From the NCBI GenBank assembly GCA_965227295.1, contig OZ245742.1:5632001-5696000 (forward strand): a DNA stretch of 64,000 nt. The letters run 5' to 3'. The notes beneath the pieces are model-generated. The model saw nothing but the letters and a program-made list of their open reading frames with translations, searched no databases and was not told the origin of the DNA. Of the stretch, positions 33,095 to 42,333 are shown in pieces; the stretch's first letter is position 1, and each line of letters starts with the position of its first letter. Source of the stretch: Leptonemataceae bacterium. Lineage in GTDB: Bacteria > Spirochaetota > Leptospiria > Leptospirales > Leptonemataceae. Both the position numbers and the translations under genes were made by a program.

Positions 33095-34893
33095 CGGCCG
33101 GTCCGGGGAAACCGCGGCCGGACCTGCCGGCGTGCTCTGCTCTCCTGGGAGTCCTGATCGCCGCCCTTTTCGCGGGGGCCTGCGTGCCTGTGAGCACCAT
33201 GAACGGTGCTCCGTCTACGAACGTCTCCCTGGACCTGCGTCGCGCCGAGTGGTACATCGCCTTCGAAGACAGCCGACGCTTCCTGGACCCAAATATCGAC
33301 GCGAGTACCTCCCGGCGCTGGCAGCGCATTGAGGTGCCGTCGAACTGGATGCGGCTCCGCGATCATCCGGGGGTGGCCTGGTACCGTACGCGCATCAGCC
33401 TGCCGCCGGAGCTCGAGGGTCGACCACTGGGCCTGTTCATCCGAAACATCTTCAACGCCGACGAAGCTTTCTGGGATGGACGGCCCATCGGGAACACCGG
33501 CGTCGTAGACAACTACGACACTCACGGCTATTACCTCCCCCGGGCCTATTCCATTCCCGCCGAACTCACCGGCCCGGGCAGCCACGTCCTGGCCATTCGC
33601 GTACGCGGTCACTTTCCCGACGCCGGCGGCATCCGCGACGGCCCGGTCTTTCTGAGCACGGCCGAGGATGCCGCGCGCCGGTTGGTGCGCCTCGAACAAC
33701 AGAGTCTGCTCTTTGTGTTGATCTTCGGGCTCACGGGTACCTTTTTCGTCTGGCTGCACGCCGTGGCCGGTCGGCCCCGGGGCGCCTTTTCGTTCGGCGC
33801 GGCCAACATATTTGCCGCCCTCCTGGAGCTCGGCCGCGCCCCGCTGACCCAGGAACTCGTCGGTGACTTCCTGGTTGCCCGCGGCATTGTCTATCTCGGG
33901 ACCTACGGTTTCGGTGCGGCCTCGCTGGCGTTCTGGTCGGCCTACTTTCGCGTGGCAACGACCCCGGTCCACGTCGTCTACTACGGCTTTAGTTCGTTGG
34001 TGATGGCGGCGTGTGTTCTGAGTCCGGACGTGATCCTGTGGCGGGAGCTGCAATCGCTGTGGTTCTATATTTCGCTGACGCTCTCTCTGGCCGTGATCTT
34101 TCTTTTGTTCCGGCATATCTGGTTCCGGCACCGCGACGCGCTCTGGCTGGGCGTGGCCTTCGGCGTCTGTATGGCCGGCGCCATCCAACAATGGCTCGTG
34201 GTTCAGGACGTCTTCGACGGGCCGCGACTCTTTCCGTACGGCTTTCTCTGCATGGATCTGATCGTCGCCGTGATCCTGTACCGGAGTTTGTACCAACACT
34301 TCCGCGAGGTGCGGCGACGCGTCGAACTGCTGGACCACATCGATCGCCAGCGCGGCCGGTTCTTTGAAAACGTGGCGATCAGTTGCCTGCCCCTGGCCGA
34401 TCGCCTCCGACGTTCCACCGAGGCCCTGCCTCCTCCCCGCGGAGAACCGGACGCGCCGGACCGCAGGTACGCCGACGTCGAAGCCGACGCCGTAGCCCTC
34501 CGCCGGGCCCTGGGTCGCATGAGCACCGTGGCCCGCATGCACGCCGGCGACTTCGACGAAGCGCCCGGCGTGGAACCGGCGGTGCTCGCCCGCCGCAGTC
34601 CGCAACTCCGCGTCGAAGGCGAACCGGGCCATGTGCGCATCGTCGGCTCGCCGGAACTTTTGGAACGCCTGGTGGAAACCCTGGCCGATTGTTCCCGGGA
34701 CGGCCTGGTGTATCTGCGGATGGAAGAGCGGACCTTTTTGTTTTCCGTGCGGACGCCAGACGGCTTCTTCGGAGACTCGAATCGTCTCATCGATTTCACC
34801 CTGGTTCGCGAAGCGGTCCGCCACCTCGGCGGCAAAGAACCGGCTCTTCGCAAAGATACACTCACCGTACGTTTACGCGCGGCGAAGAAGTAG
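33091..34893 (+). CDS. Jelly-roll plus 7TM sensor-like protein with degenerate kinase-like tail
   Basis: [30 protein letters not shown] (similar to N-domain of 12331-15633), 7 hydrophobic helices, no H-box His. Confidence 0.75.
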   Translation: MTAGPGKPRPDLPACSALLGVLIAALFAGACVPVSTMNGAPSTNVSLDLRRAEWYIAFEDSRRFLDPNIDASTSRRWQRIEVPSNWMRLRDHPGVAWYRTRISLPPELEGRPLGLFIRNIFNADEAFWDGRPIGNTGVVDNYDTHGYYLPRAYSIPAELTGPGSHVLAIRVRGHFPDAGGIRDGPVFLSTAEDAARRLVRLEQQSLLFVLIFGLTGTFFVWLHAVAGRPRGAFSFGAANIFAALLELGRAPLTQELVGDFLVARGIVYLGTYGFGAASLAFWSAYFRVATTPVHVVYYGFSSLVMAACVLSPDVILWRELQSLWFYISLTLSLAVIFLLFRHIWFRHRDALWLGVAFGVCMAGAIQQWLVVQDVFDGPRLFPYGFLCMDLIVAVILYRSLYQHFREVRRRVELLDHIDRQRGRFFENVAISCLPLADRLRRSTEALPPPRGEPDAPDRRYADVEADAVALRRALGRMSTVARMHAGDFDEAPGVEPAVLARRSPQLRVEGEPGHVRIVGSPELLERLVETLADCSRDGLVYLRMEERTFLFSVRTPDGFFGDSNRLIDFTLVREAVRHLGGKEPALRKDTLTVRLRAAKK

Positions 34894-34931
34894 GAACCCC
34901 GGAAAGTTTTATTTGCTCCGTAACTCGCAAC

Positions 34932-36859
34932 CGCCCCGAATCGTGATGTAAGTGCAGGCCAGTGTACATTAATGCTTTTATGGGTACGGCTGGTTCCAGC
35001 TGACGCGCGGAGGTTATGCCGGGGAACGTGGTACGGCGGACCGGAACGGCGTCTTCGCCGCAAGAAACGCTGCGATAGCTGAGTCTTGCAATTTACCTCA
35101 TGGTTCTCACAGCAACAGTCACGAACCGCAGTCCTTGAATTACCGGAAACGCTCGGGTAATTCGCACACGCCCCGAATTGTGACGTAAGTGGCGGTCAGT
35201 GTACATTAATACTTTTTTGGGTACAACTGGTTCCAGGCGACCACGGAGGTCATGCCGGGGAACGTGGTACGGCGCACCGGAACGGCGTCTTCGTCGTAAA
35301 GATCCATCCCGCGAATCCGCACCCCGGAGCCCCGCTCTATCCGCGGGGCGGAGCGGGTGCGGGTTCGCGATAGCTGAGTCGCAAACCGACGTCCGGGTCG
35401 AACGCAGCATTCTTAACAAAACGAAAATCCACAACATTTCTGAAGTCGGACAGGCCCCGGCTTATCCCTTAATCTCGCCGAAGCGAGATTAAGGCTCCCG
35501 CTCAGCCGTAGCCAAAAAAGGCATTTCACGGTTGCGCAACTTACCTTATGCTTCTCACAGCAACAGTCACGAACCGCAGTCCTTGAACTACCGGAAACGC
35601 TCGGGTAATTCGCACACGCCCCGAATTGTGATGTAAGTAGCGGTCAGTGTACATTAATACTTTCATGGGTACAACTGGTTCCAGGCGACCACGGAGGTCA
35701 TGCCGGGGAACGTGGTACGGCGCACCGGAACGGCGTCTTCGTCGTAAAGATCCATCCCGCGAATCCGCACCCCGGAGCCCCGCTCTATCCGCGGGGCGGA
35801 GCGGGTGCGGGTTCGCGATAGCTGAGTCGCAAACCGACGTCCGGGTCGAACGCAGCATCCGTGAGCAAAACGAAAATCCACAACATTTCTGAAGTCGGAC
35901 AGGCCCCGGCTTATCCCTTAATCTCGCCGAAGCGAGATTAAGGCTCCCGCTCAGCCGTAGCCAAAAAAGGCCTTTCACGGTTGCGCAATTTACCTTATGC
36001 TTCTCACAGCAACAGTCACGAACCGCAGTCCTTGAATTACCGGAAACGCTCGGGTAATTCGCACACGCCCCGAATTGTGATGTAAGTAGCGGTCAGTGTA
36101 CATTAATACTTTCATGGGTACAACTGGTTCCAGGCGACCACGGAGGTCATGCCGGGGAACGTGGCAAGGCGCACCGGAACGGCGTCTTCGTCGTAAAGAT
36201 CCATCCCGCGAATCCGCACCCCGGAGCCCCGCTCTATCCGCGGGGCGGAGCGGGTGCGGGTTCGCGATAGCTGAGTCGCAAACCGACGTCCGGGTCGAAC
36301 GCAGCATTCTTAACAAAACGAAAATCCACAACTCCCGCTCAGCCGTAGCCAAAAAAGGCATTTCACGGTTGCGCAACTTACCTTATGCTTCTCACAGCAA
36401 CAGTCACGAACCGCAGTCCTTGAACTACCGGAAACGCTCGGGTAATTCGCACACGCCCCGAATCGTTGTGTAAGTGGCGGTCAGTGTACATTAATACTTT
36501 TATGGGTACGGCTGGTTCCAGCTGACGCGCGGAGGTTATGCCGGGGAACGTGGTACGGCGGACCGGAACGGCGTCTTCGTCGTAAGGAACGCTGCGATAG
36601 CTGAGTCGCAAACCGACGTCCGGGTCGAACGCAGCATTCTTAACAAAACGAAAATCCACAACATTTCTGAAGTCGGACAGGCCCCGGCTTATCCCTTAAT
36701 CTCGCCGAAGCGAGATTAAGGCTCCCGCAAAGCTGTAGCCAAAAAAGCCCCTTCACAGTTCCGCGACTTACTTCATGTTTCTCACGGCAATCGCAAGGAA
36801 CCGCAGCTCTTGAATTACCGGAAATTCTCTGTCGTTCGAACACGCCGAACGGCTGGTTC
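34932..36859 (+). repeat. Tandem array 1 of a non-coding ~390-450 bp modular repeat
   Basis: 152-bp core at 34932-35083, then units starting TTAC at 35093, 35541, 35990, 36378 and a partial unit at 36768 (periods 448, 449, 388, 390). Confidence 0.97.
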
Positions 36860-36908
36860 GCGGCCCATGTGTTGATTGACCGGAATGTTCGCACGGCGAA
36901 ACTCGGCC

Positions 36909-37997
36909 ATGGCCTTCGCCTTTCATTCGGTCGTCCTCGAACGGGCCTCGGGTTTATGGAAGCACCACGACCTGGCCCTGGGCATCGAAGGCATCGACAC
37001 CCAGCATGCCTGGCTGGTGGCGGTGATCCTGGAACTGGAGTGGGTCCTGAATCGCGAGAGCGAAGGCGCGGACCAGTACATCGCCATGTTGATCCAGCAT
37101 GCGAAGAGCTACGCCGCGGAACACTTTAACGTCGAAGAAGAACTCTTTCGCCGCCTGCATTACTCGGACGAAGAGCACCACGTGCGCAGCCACCGGAACT
37201 TCATCCAGGCCGTGGAAAAGGTGGCGCCGGGTTCGTATGATCGCGCCGGGGCGAACAAGCTGTACCGACTGCTGCGCATGTGGCTGGTGCATCACATCTT
37301 GCAGGAAGACCGCGGCTACGCGGAGTACTTTAAGAAGCGCCGGCTCCTGGACGACGCCAACAAATTGTTCGAGGAAATCGATCAGGAAAAACACGTCCTG
37401 GACGACTATCGCCGCCAGGTCTTCAAAACTATTTCCGGTTCGGCGCGGAACATCGAGGTCACCACGCCCGAAATCCAGGCGGAGATCGCTTCCATCTGGA
37501 AACGCCTGAACCTGCAGATCCAGGTCCCGCTGATCGACATCCAGCACCTGTGGTTGATCAAACTCGTCGTGGATATGGACCAGGCCATGCGCGATTCGAA
37601 GCTCACCCGGGACGCGGTGCTCGCGCATACGATCGCCGAGGCCTCGGAGTACATCGACGTGCACTTCCGCACCGAGGAGCAGTTGATGGACATCATCGAG
37701 TATCCGGACAAAGCCCGGCACCAGGCGACCCATCGCAAGTTCGTGGAGTTCGTACAGCAGCGCCGCAAGGAACTGGAGAGCGGCAACACCCGGGCGGCCA
37801 TGACCCTGGTCAACGATCTGCGGCAGTGGCTGACGAATCACATTGCCCTGGACGACAAAACCCTGGCCGAACACTACCGCAACCACCGCGAGGCGGCCCT
37901 GGCGTTTTCGAAAGAAAAAATCGTTTCCGGCGAAGCGCACGTCCGCCGCAATCAGATTAACTTATACCAGATTATTGTTAAGAAGCAGGCCGTATGA
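36909..37997 (+). CDS. Tandem two-domain bacteriohemerythrin (start uncertain, 36876-36909)
   Basis: Two sets of IDxQH, HFxxEE, HxxxH, WLxxHIxxxD. Confidence 0.92.
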   Translation: MAFAFHSVVLERASGLWKHHDLALGIEGIDTQHAWLVAVILELEWVLNRESEGADQYIAMLIQHAKSYAAEHFNVEEELFRRLHYSDEEHHVRSHRNFIQAVEKVAPGSYDRAGANKLYRLLRMWLVHHILQEDRGYAEYFKKRRLLDDANKLFEEIDQEKHVLDDYRRQVFKTISGSARNIEVTTPEIQAEIASIWKRLNLQIQVPLIDIQHLWLIKLVVDMDQAMRDSKLTRDAVLAHTIAEASEYIDVHFRTEEQLMDIIEYPDKARHQATHRKFVEFVQQRRKELESGNTRAAMTLVNDLRQWLTNHIALDDKTLAEHYRNHREAALAFSKEKIVSGEAHVRRNQINLYQIIVKKQAV

Positions 37998-38722
37998 TCG
38001 CGTTGATGATCGCACTCGTTGCCTGGGGGGCCGGACTCACGGCCCTGGCCGGAGGCGCGGCGGCGTTATGGCGGCACAAACCGGGCGGCCGCGAGGCGAG
38101 CGACATTCAACTGCGCCTCCTGCACGGCATCGTCGCCTTCGGCGGCGGCGTGTTACTCGCGGCGGTAGCCTTCGCGCTTTTGCCGGAAAGCATGGATCTG
38201 CTTCCGGGCTACGTGCTCGCCCCCGCGTTCCTGGCCGGCGGCGTAATTTTTGCGCTCTTCGATGCGTGGCAGGCGCGCCACGGCAAAACCAAAAACACCG
38301 CGCAGTTCCCGGCGATGCTCATGGACTTCGTTCCCGAAGCGGTTTCCCTCGGCGCGGTCTTCGGCCACGATCGTCGCCAGGGCATTCTGCTCGCGGCTTT
38401 CATCGCCCTCCAGAATTTTCCCGAGGGTTTCAATTCCATGCGCGAGATGCTGGTATCCGGCACGGCACCGGGCCGTGTACTGCGGCGCCTGGCGCTCGTG
38501 AGCCTGCTCGGCCCCGCCGCGGCACTGGCCGGGCACTTCTTTCTACAGGAATTGCCGTACGTTACCGCGACGTTGATGGTCTTCGCATCCGGCGGGATTC
38601 TGTATTTGATCTTTCAGGACATCGCCCCGCAATCACGACTCCCGCGACACTGGAGCCCCACCCTGGGCGCCGTGCTGGGTTTTCTGCTGGGCATGATCGG
38701 GCATAAGTTTCTTTCACCGTGA
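37994..38722 (+). CDS. ZIP (GufA-like) divalent metal transporter
   Basis: AFGGGVLL, MDFVPE, QNFPEG, ASGGILYL. Confidence 0.88.
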   Translation: MIALMIALVAWGAGLTALAGGAAALWRHKPGGREASDIQLRLLHGIVAFGGGVLLAAVAFALLPESMDLLPGYVLAPAFLAGGVIFALFDAWQARHGKTKNTAQFPAMLMDFVPEAVSLGAVFGHDRRQGILLAAFIALQNFPEGFNSMREMLVSGTAPGRVLRRLALVSLLGPAAALAGHFFLQELPYVTATLMVFASGGILYLIFQDIAPQSRLPRHWSPTLGAVLGFLLGMIGHKFLSP

Positions 38723-38788
38723 GTTAGTTCGCGTAAGATTTTTTCGCGGTTCGCCTGTTTTCGCTAACTATTTGCCGCCGCAAGCTAT

Positions 38789-39706
38789 GTGCGGAATTTT
38801 TTGGATTGCGCGGGCACGTACTTCGAATATGCCGTACGCATGCGCAGTCGATTGGCCGCGGCCGGCCTGGTTTTGGTTTTTTGCATGTTGCCCGGGCCCG
38901 GCCTCGCGTGCCTGGCCCTGCCGGCCACGACGTCCATCAACACCGTCGACGTGGAACGGCCCGTCGATGCGCTCGATCGCAGCGCGGATAGTACGGGCAA
39001 CTGTCTCGGCGGCGCTCCGGCAACGACGGCTCCCCGCGGCCACAATCCGCTGCTCTTCGTCTCGCGCGAGGGCTACTCGCTCGGCTACTCCGGCTTTATG
39101 CGCTCGGCCCTGTGGGTCTGCGAAATCATCGAGGCCAACGAACTCACCGGCGACGCGAAACGCAAGAATCGCTTCAAGGCGGATCCGCTCATTCCGGGAC
39201 AGTGGCAGTCACAGCTCTCCGACTACAAATATTCCGGCTTCGACCGCGGACACCTGGCCGCCGCCGGTAATTACAAGCACGATCAGGAGTTAAACAACGA
39301 GTCGTTCTATCTTTCGAACATGGCGCCGCAGGTTCCGGGCTTCAATCAACAGATCTGGCGGGAGCTGGAAGAACTGAGCCGCGAGTACGTCGACGAGTTC
39401 GACACGGGCATCTACGTGATTACCGGCGGCTTCTTAGAGGATCATCGCGAACTCCGAAGCATCGGCGCCAACAAGGTCGTGGTGCCCTCGCATTTCTACA
39501 AGATTCTTGTGCGCGAAAGTTACGGTGAACATACGAGTCTCGCCTTTGTTCTGGAGAATCGCAAGCACCGCCGGCCGTTCCATTTCGCGGCCTTCCTCGT
39601 GAGCATCGACTCGATCGAAGCACGCACGGGGCAGGATTTTTTTCCGCGGATGCCGGCGACGGAACAACGGCAACTGGAAGGCGCGGCCGCGGCGGGCTTG
39701 TGGTGA
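38789..39706 (+). CDS. Secreted DNA/RNA non-specific endonuclease (NucA/EndoG family; start possibly 38840)
   Basis: DRGHL, FYLSNMAPQ, FNQQIWRELE, VPSHFYK; signal-like N-terminus. Confidence 0.92.
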   Translation: MRNFLDCAGTYFEYAVRMRSRLAAAGLVLVFCMLPGPGLACLALPATTSINTVDVERPVDALDRSADSTGNCLGGAPATTAPRGHNPLLFVSREGYSLGYSGFMRSALWVCEIIEANELTGDAKRKNRFKADPLIPGQWQSQLSDYKYSGFDRGHLAAAGNYKHDQELNNESFYLSNMAPQVPGFNQQIWRELEELSREYVDEFDTGIYVITGGFLEDHRELRSIGANKVVVPSHFYKILVRESYGEHTSLAFVLENRKHRRPFHFAAFLVSIDSIEARTGQDFFPRMPATEQRQLEGAAAAGLW

Positions 39707-40744
39707 TCAGCGCCCGTGCGGGTGGCAGTTCCGCAAGGTATCGCGCAGGCGATCTTTCGAAACGTGGGTGTAGACCTGGGTCGTCGAGAGCGAGGCGTGA
39801 CCGAGCAACTCCTGCACCGCGCGAATGTCCGCTCCGGCGTTGAGCAGGTCCGTGGCGAAGCTGTGGCGAAACTTGTGCGGGCTCACGTTACGGTGAATCA
39901 TGAGGCGCCGCTGAATCATGCGCAGAATGTGTCGCGCCCCGCGATCGCTTAACCTCTCGCCGCGAGCATTTAAGAACAAGGCTTCGTCGCGGGCCGCGGC
40001 CCCGCGCACCTGCAGGTATTCACGTACCGCCTCACGCGCGGCGTCGCCGAAAAAAACGATGCGGTCTTTGCGCCCCTTGCCGGTGATCTTGAGTTCCCGC
40101 GGCGCGCGAACCAGCTGATCCGCCGTGAGCGAGAGCAGTTCGCTGATCCGCATGCCGGAGGAGTACAACATTTCGCACAGCGCCCGGTTACGGCGTTGCA
40201 GAAACACCCGGCGCTCCGGGTTTACCGTGCCCGTTTCGGCATGCGCCGCCGGATCATCGTCTTCCAGCAGATGCCCCAGATCGGCCGGGGTCAGAACCAC
40301 CGGCAACGGCCGGCTGAACTTCGGCGCGTTGAGTTCCGCCGCGGGATTATCGCCGACGAGTTTCTCCCGGCGCTCCAGATCCCTGTAGTAACTTTTAATG
40401 GCCGAAAGTTTGCGTGCTTGAGAACGCGCTCCGAGTTTTCGCCGTTTGCTGCGGCCGGCAACGCTGTTGGCCTCGGCGCGGCCGCCGCCAAAACGCGCGC
40501 CGGTGCGTTCGGCGAAGTAGGTGCGCAGTTCTTTCGGAGTAATGCGCTCCGGTTCGCCGGCGTTCTTTGCGAGATAGACGAAGAACTCCCAGAGATCCTT
40601 GAGATACGCACGCAGGCTGTGCGGCGAAAGATCGCGCTGGTAGGCGAGCGTGTCGTGAAACGTGCTCAGCTCGGCCTGGAGATCCGGGCGGGCGTCCAGT
40701 TGTTCCCAGGCGCCGACGGGGAGATGGGTGGCGGCTTCGGGCAT
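39707..40744 (-). CDS. xerC: Tyrosine recombinase XerC
   Basis: LYSSGMRISE, GKGRKDR, HKFRHSFAT, LGHASLSTTQVYT; same strand as downstream hslVU. Confidence 0.85.
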   Translation of the reverse strand: MPEAATHLPVGAWEQLDARPDLQAELSTFHDTLAYQRDLSPHSLRAYLKDLWEFFVYLAKNAGEPERITPKELRTYFAERTGARFGGGRAEANSVAGRSKRRKLGARSQARKLSAIKSYYRDLERREKLVGDNPAAELNAPKFSRPLPVVLTPADLGHLLEDDDPAAHAETGTVNPERRVFLQRRNRALCEMLYSSGMRISELLSLTADQLVRAPRELKITGKGRKDRIVFFGDAAREAVREYLQVRGAAARDEALFLNARGERLSDRGARHILRMIQRRLMIHRNVSPHKFRHSFATDLLNAGADIRAVQELLGHASLSTTQVYTHVSKDRLRDTLRNCHPHGR

Positions 40745-40785
40745 GATTTGATTATCGGAAGATTTTTACAGGAGGTAGAGAGGGT

Positions 40786-40937
40786 CTCAGCTATCGCAGC
40801 GTTTCTTACGGCGAAGACGCCGTTCCGGTCCGCCGTACCACGTTCCCCGGCATAACCTCCGCGCGCCAGCTGGAACCAGCCGTACCCATACAAAGCTTAA
40901 TGTACACTGGCCGCCACTTACATCACGATTCGGGGCG
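40786..40937 (-). repeat. Solo 152-bp core of the long repeat, inverted
   Basis: Reverse complement of 34932-35083 with few differences and the same ends. Confidence 0.95.
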
Positions 40938-41004
40938 TGCACAAACAACCCGTCACCAATCGCTAACACAAGAAATCAACACGATCCTGTTGTCCCGGTC
41001 GCCC

Positions 41005-42174
41005 TTATTCCCCGCCGCTCCGAAACTCCGCCACCGAATCCACGCTGCCCTTCAAATGCTCGGTGGTATCCGTGTAGAATCGCACCATCTTCGCCCGCGC
41101 GCTCGCGGGTAACTGGAGCGGCATGCCCGCATTATTCTGTAAGTACTCGTTCACCGGCAGCACAAAATACTTCCGCCCCGCCTGCCCGCGTTCCACATAA
41201 ACCCACACGGGCTCGTAAGAAATATCGCGAAACACCACTTTTTGATCCGATTGCTCGTCCGGGTTGCGTTCGATGGTGAACTGGAAGATCTTGCCGCCGT
41301 CGGTGTAGCGCCGTTGCTGATTCGATACGAAGTTGCCCAGGCTGAACGCGATCAAACGATCGGCGGTGCGGCCGAATTTGTCGGTAACGTTCGTGCGTAC
41401 ACCGAACGGTTGCAGCACGTGCGGGTGCCCGCCGATGACGATGTCGGCGCCGTGTTCGATGGCGAAGTCCGTCCACTTCTTCTGGTAGGCATCCGGCTGC
41501 CGCAGGTACTCGCCGCCGTAATGGTAGATCACAATGATGGCATCGGCGTTCGTGCGGCGCGCGGCGGCCAGGTCGTAGACGATGCGTTGTTCGTCGATGA
41601 GGTTCACCACGGTACCGCGCGGAACTTTGATGCCGTTGGTACCGTACGTAAAATTCAAGAACGCCAGGCGCAGGCCGTTCTTTTCAACGACGAGCACGCG
41701 CCGATCTTCTTTGTCCTGCACGCTGCGATACGATCCCAGGTGCGCGAACCCCAAACGTTCCACGACCTCGATGGTACGCAGCATGCCGGACTTGCCCTTG
41801 TCGAGGGTGTGATTGTTCGCGAGCGTGAGCACGTCGATGCCCGCATCCTTTAAGGCGACCGCCAGGGAATCCGGCGCGCCGAACGTCGGGTAGCCGCTGT
41901 ATTTTTTGCGGTCCCCCGGCAGCGTCGTTTCGAGATTGGCAATGGCCAGATCGGCGCGGCTCAGATACGGGGCCACCGGTTCGAAGGTATGCGCGAATTC
42001 GTAGCGTTTCGTCTGCGCGTTCCAGGCGGCGCTCAGTTGCGGGGCATGGCACATCACATCGCCGACAACGGCCATGCTCACGCGATCCGGGCGCTCGTCG
42101 GAGCCGTTCAGGGCAAACGTACACCCGGCGGCGGTTAAGAGAATCGCGAGACTGTACTTTACGAAACGTTTCAT
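41005..42174 (-). CDS. CapA/PGA_cap family metallophosphatase-fold protein
   Basis: VGDVM, ANLET, LANNHTLD, HYGGEY, GGHPHVLQ, SLGNF; ATG at 42174 gives a signal peptide. Confidence 0.92.
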   Translation of the reverse strand: MKRFVKYSLAILLTAAGCTFALNGSDERPDRVSMAVVGDVMCHAPQLSAAWNAQTKRYEFAHTFEPVAPYLSRADLAIANLETTLPGDRKKYSGYPTFGAPDSLAVALKDAGIDVLTLANNHTLDKGKSGMLRTIEVVERLGFAHLGSYRSVQDKEDRRVLVVEKNGLRLAFLNFTYGTNGIKVPRGTVVNLIDEQRIVYDLAAARRTNADAIIVIYHYGGEYLRQPDAYQKKWTDFAIEHGADIVIGGHPHVLQPFGVRTNVTDKFGRTADRLIAFSLGNFVSNQQRRYTDGGKIFQFTIERNPDEQSDQKVVFRDISYEPVWVYVERGQAGRKYFVLPVNEYLQNNAGMPLQLPASARAKMVRFYTDTTEHLKGSVDSVAEFRSGGE

Positions 42175-42185
42175 AAGAATGTATG

Positions 42186-42323
42186 ACTCCGAGGACCGAG
42201 GTACCGAGATAGAAGATGAGAGCATCCGTATGAAGAGCACTGACAGGCTAAGACGACTATTTTTAACAAGCTCGCCCATCCAAACTCTTTCTTTTTATTC
42301 CTCGGTCCCTCAGTCCTCGGAGT
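42186..42323. repeat. ACTCCGAGG inverted-repeat element, copy 2
   Basis: ACTCCGAGGACCGAGGTACCGAG ... CTCGGTCCCTCAGTCCTCGGAGT. Confidence 0.8.
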
Positions 42324-42333
42324 AAAAAAGTTT

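Noticed and set aside
32899..34824. 641-aa minus-strand ORF
   Set aside because: Antisense shadow of the 7TM sensor-like gene.
35093..36659. Repeated short ORFs within the arrays (also 59453-60774)
   Set aside because: Frames shift between units through indels and optional modules, and substitutions frequently change amino acids, so they are treated as non-coding.
34932..36859. CRISPR array or integron cassette array
   Set aside because: Units are ~400 bp and repeated in full, with no unique spacers or cassette ORFs and no cas or intI gene; the recombinase nearby looks like ordinary XerC.
39707..40744. Prophage or island integrase
   Set aside because: Size, motifs and hslVU context fit chromosomal XerC; no phage genes, tRNA or att repeats were seen.
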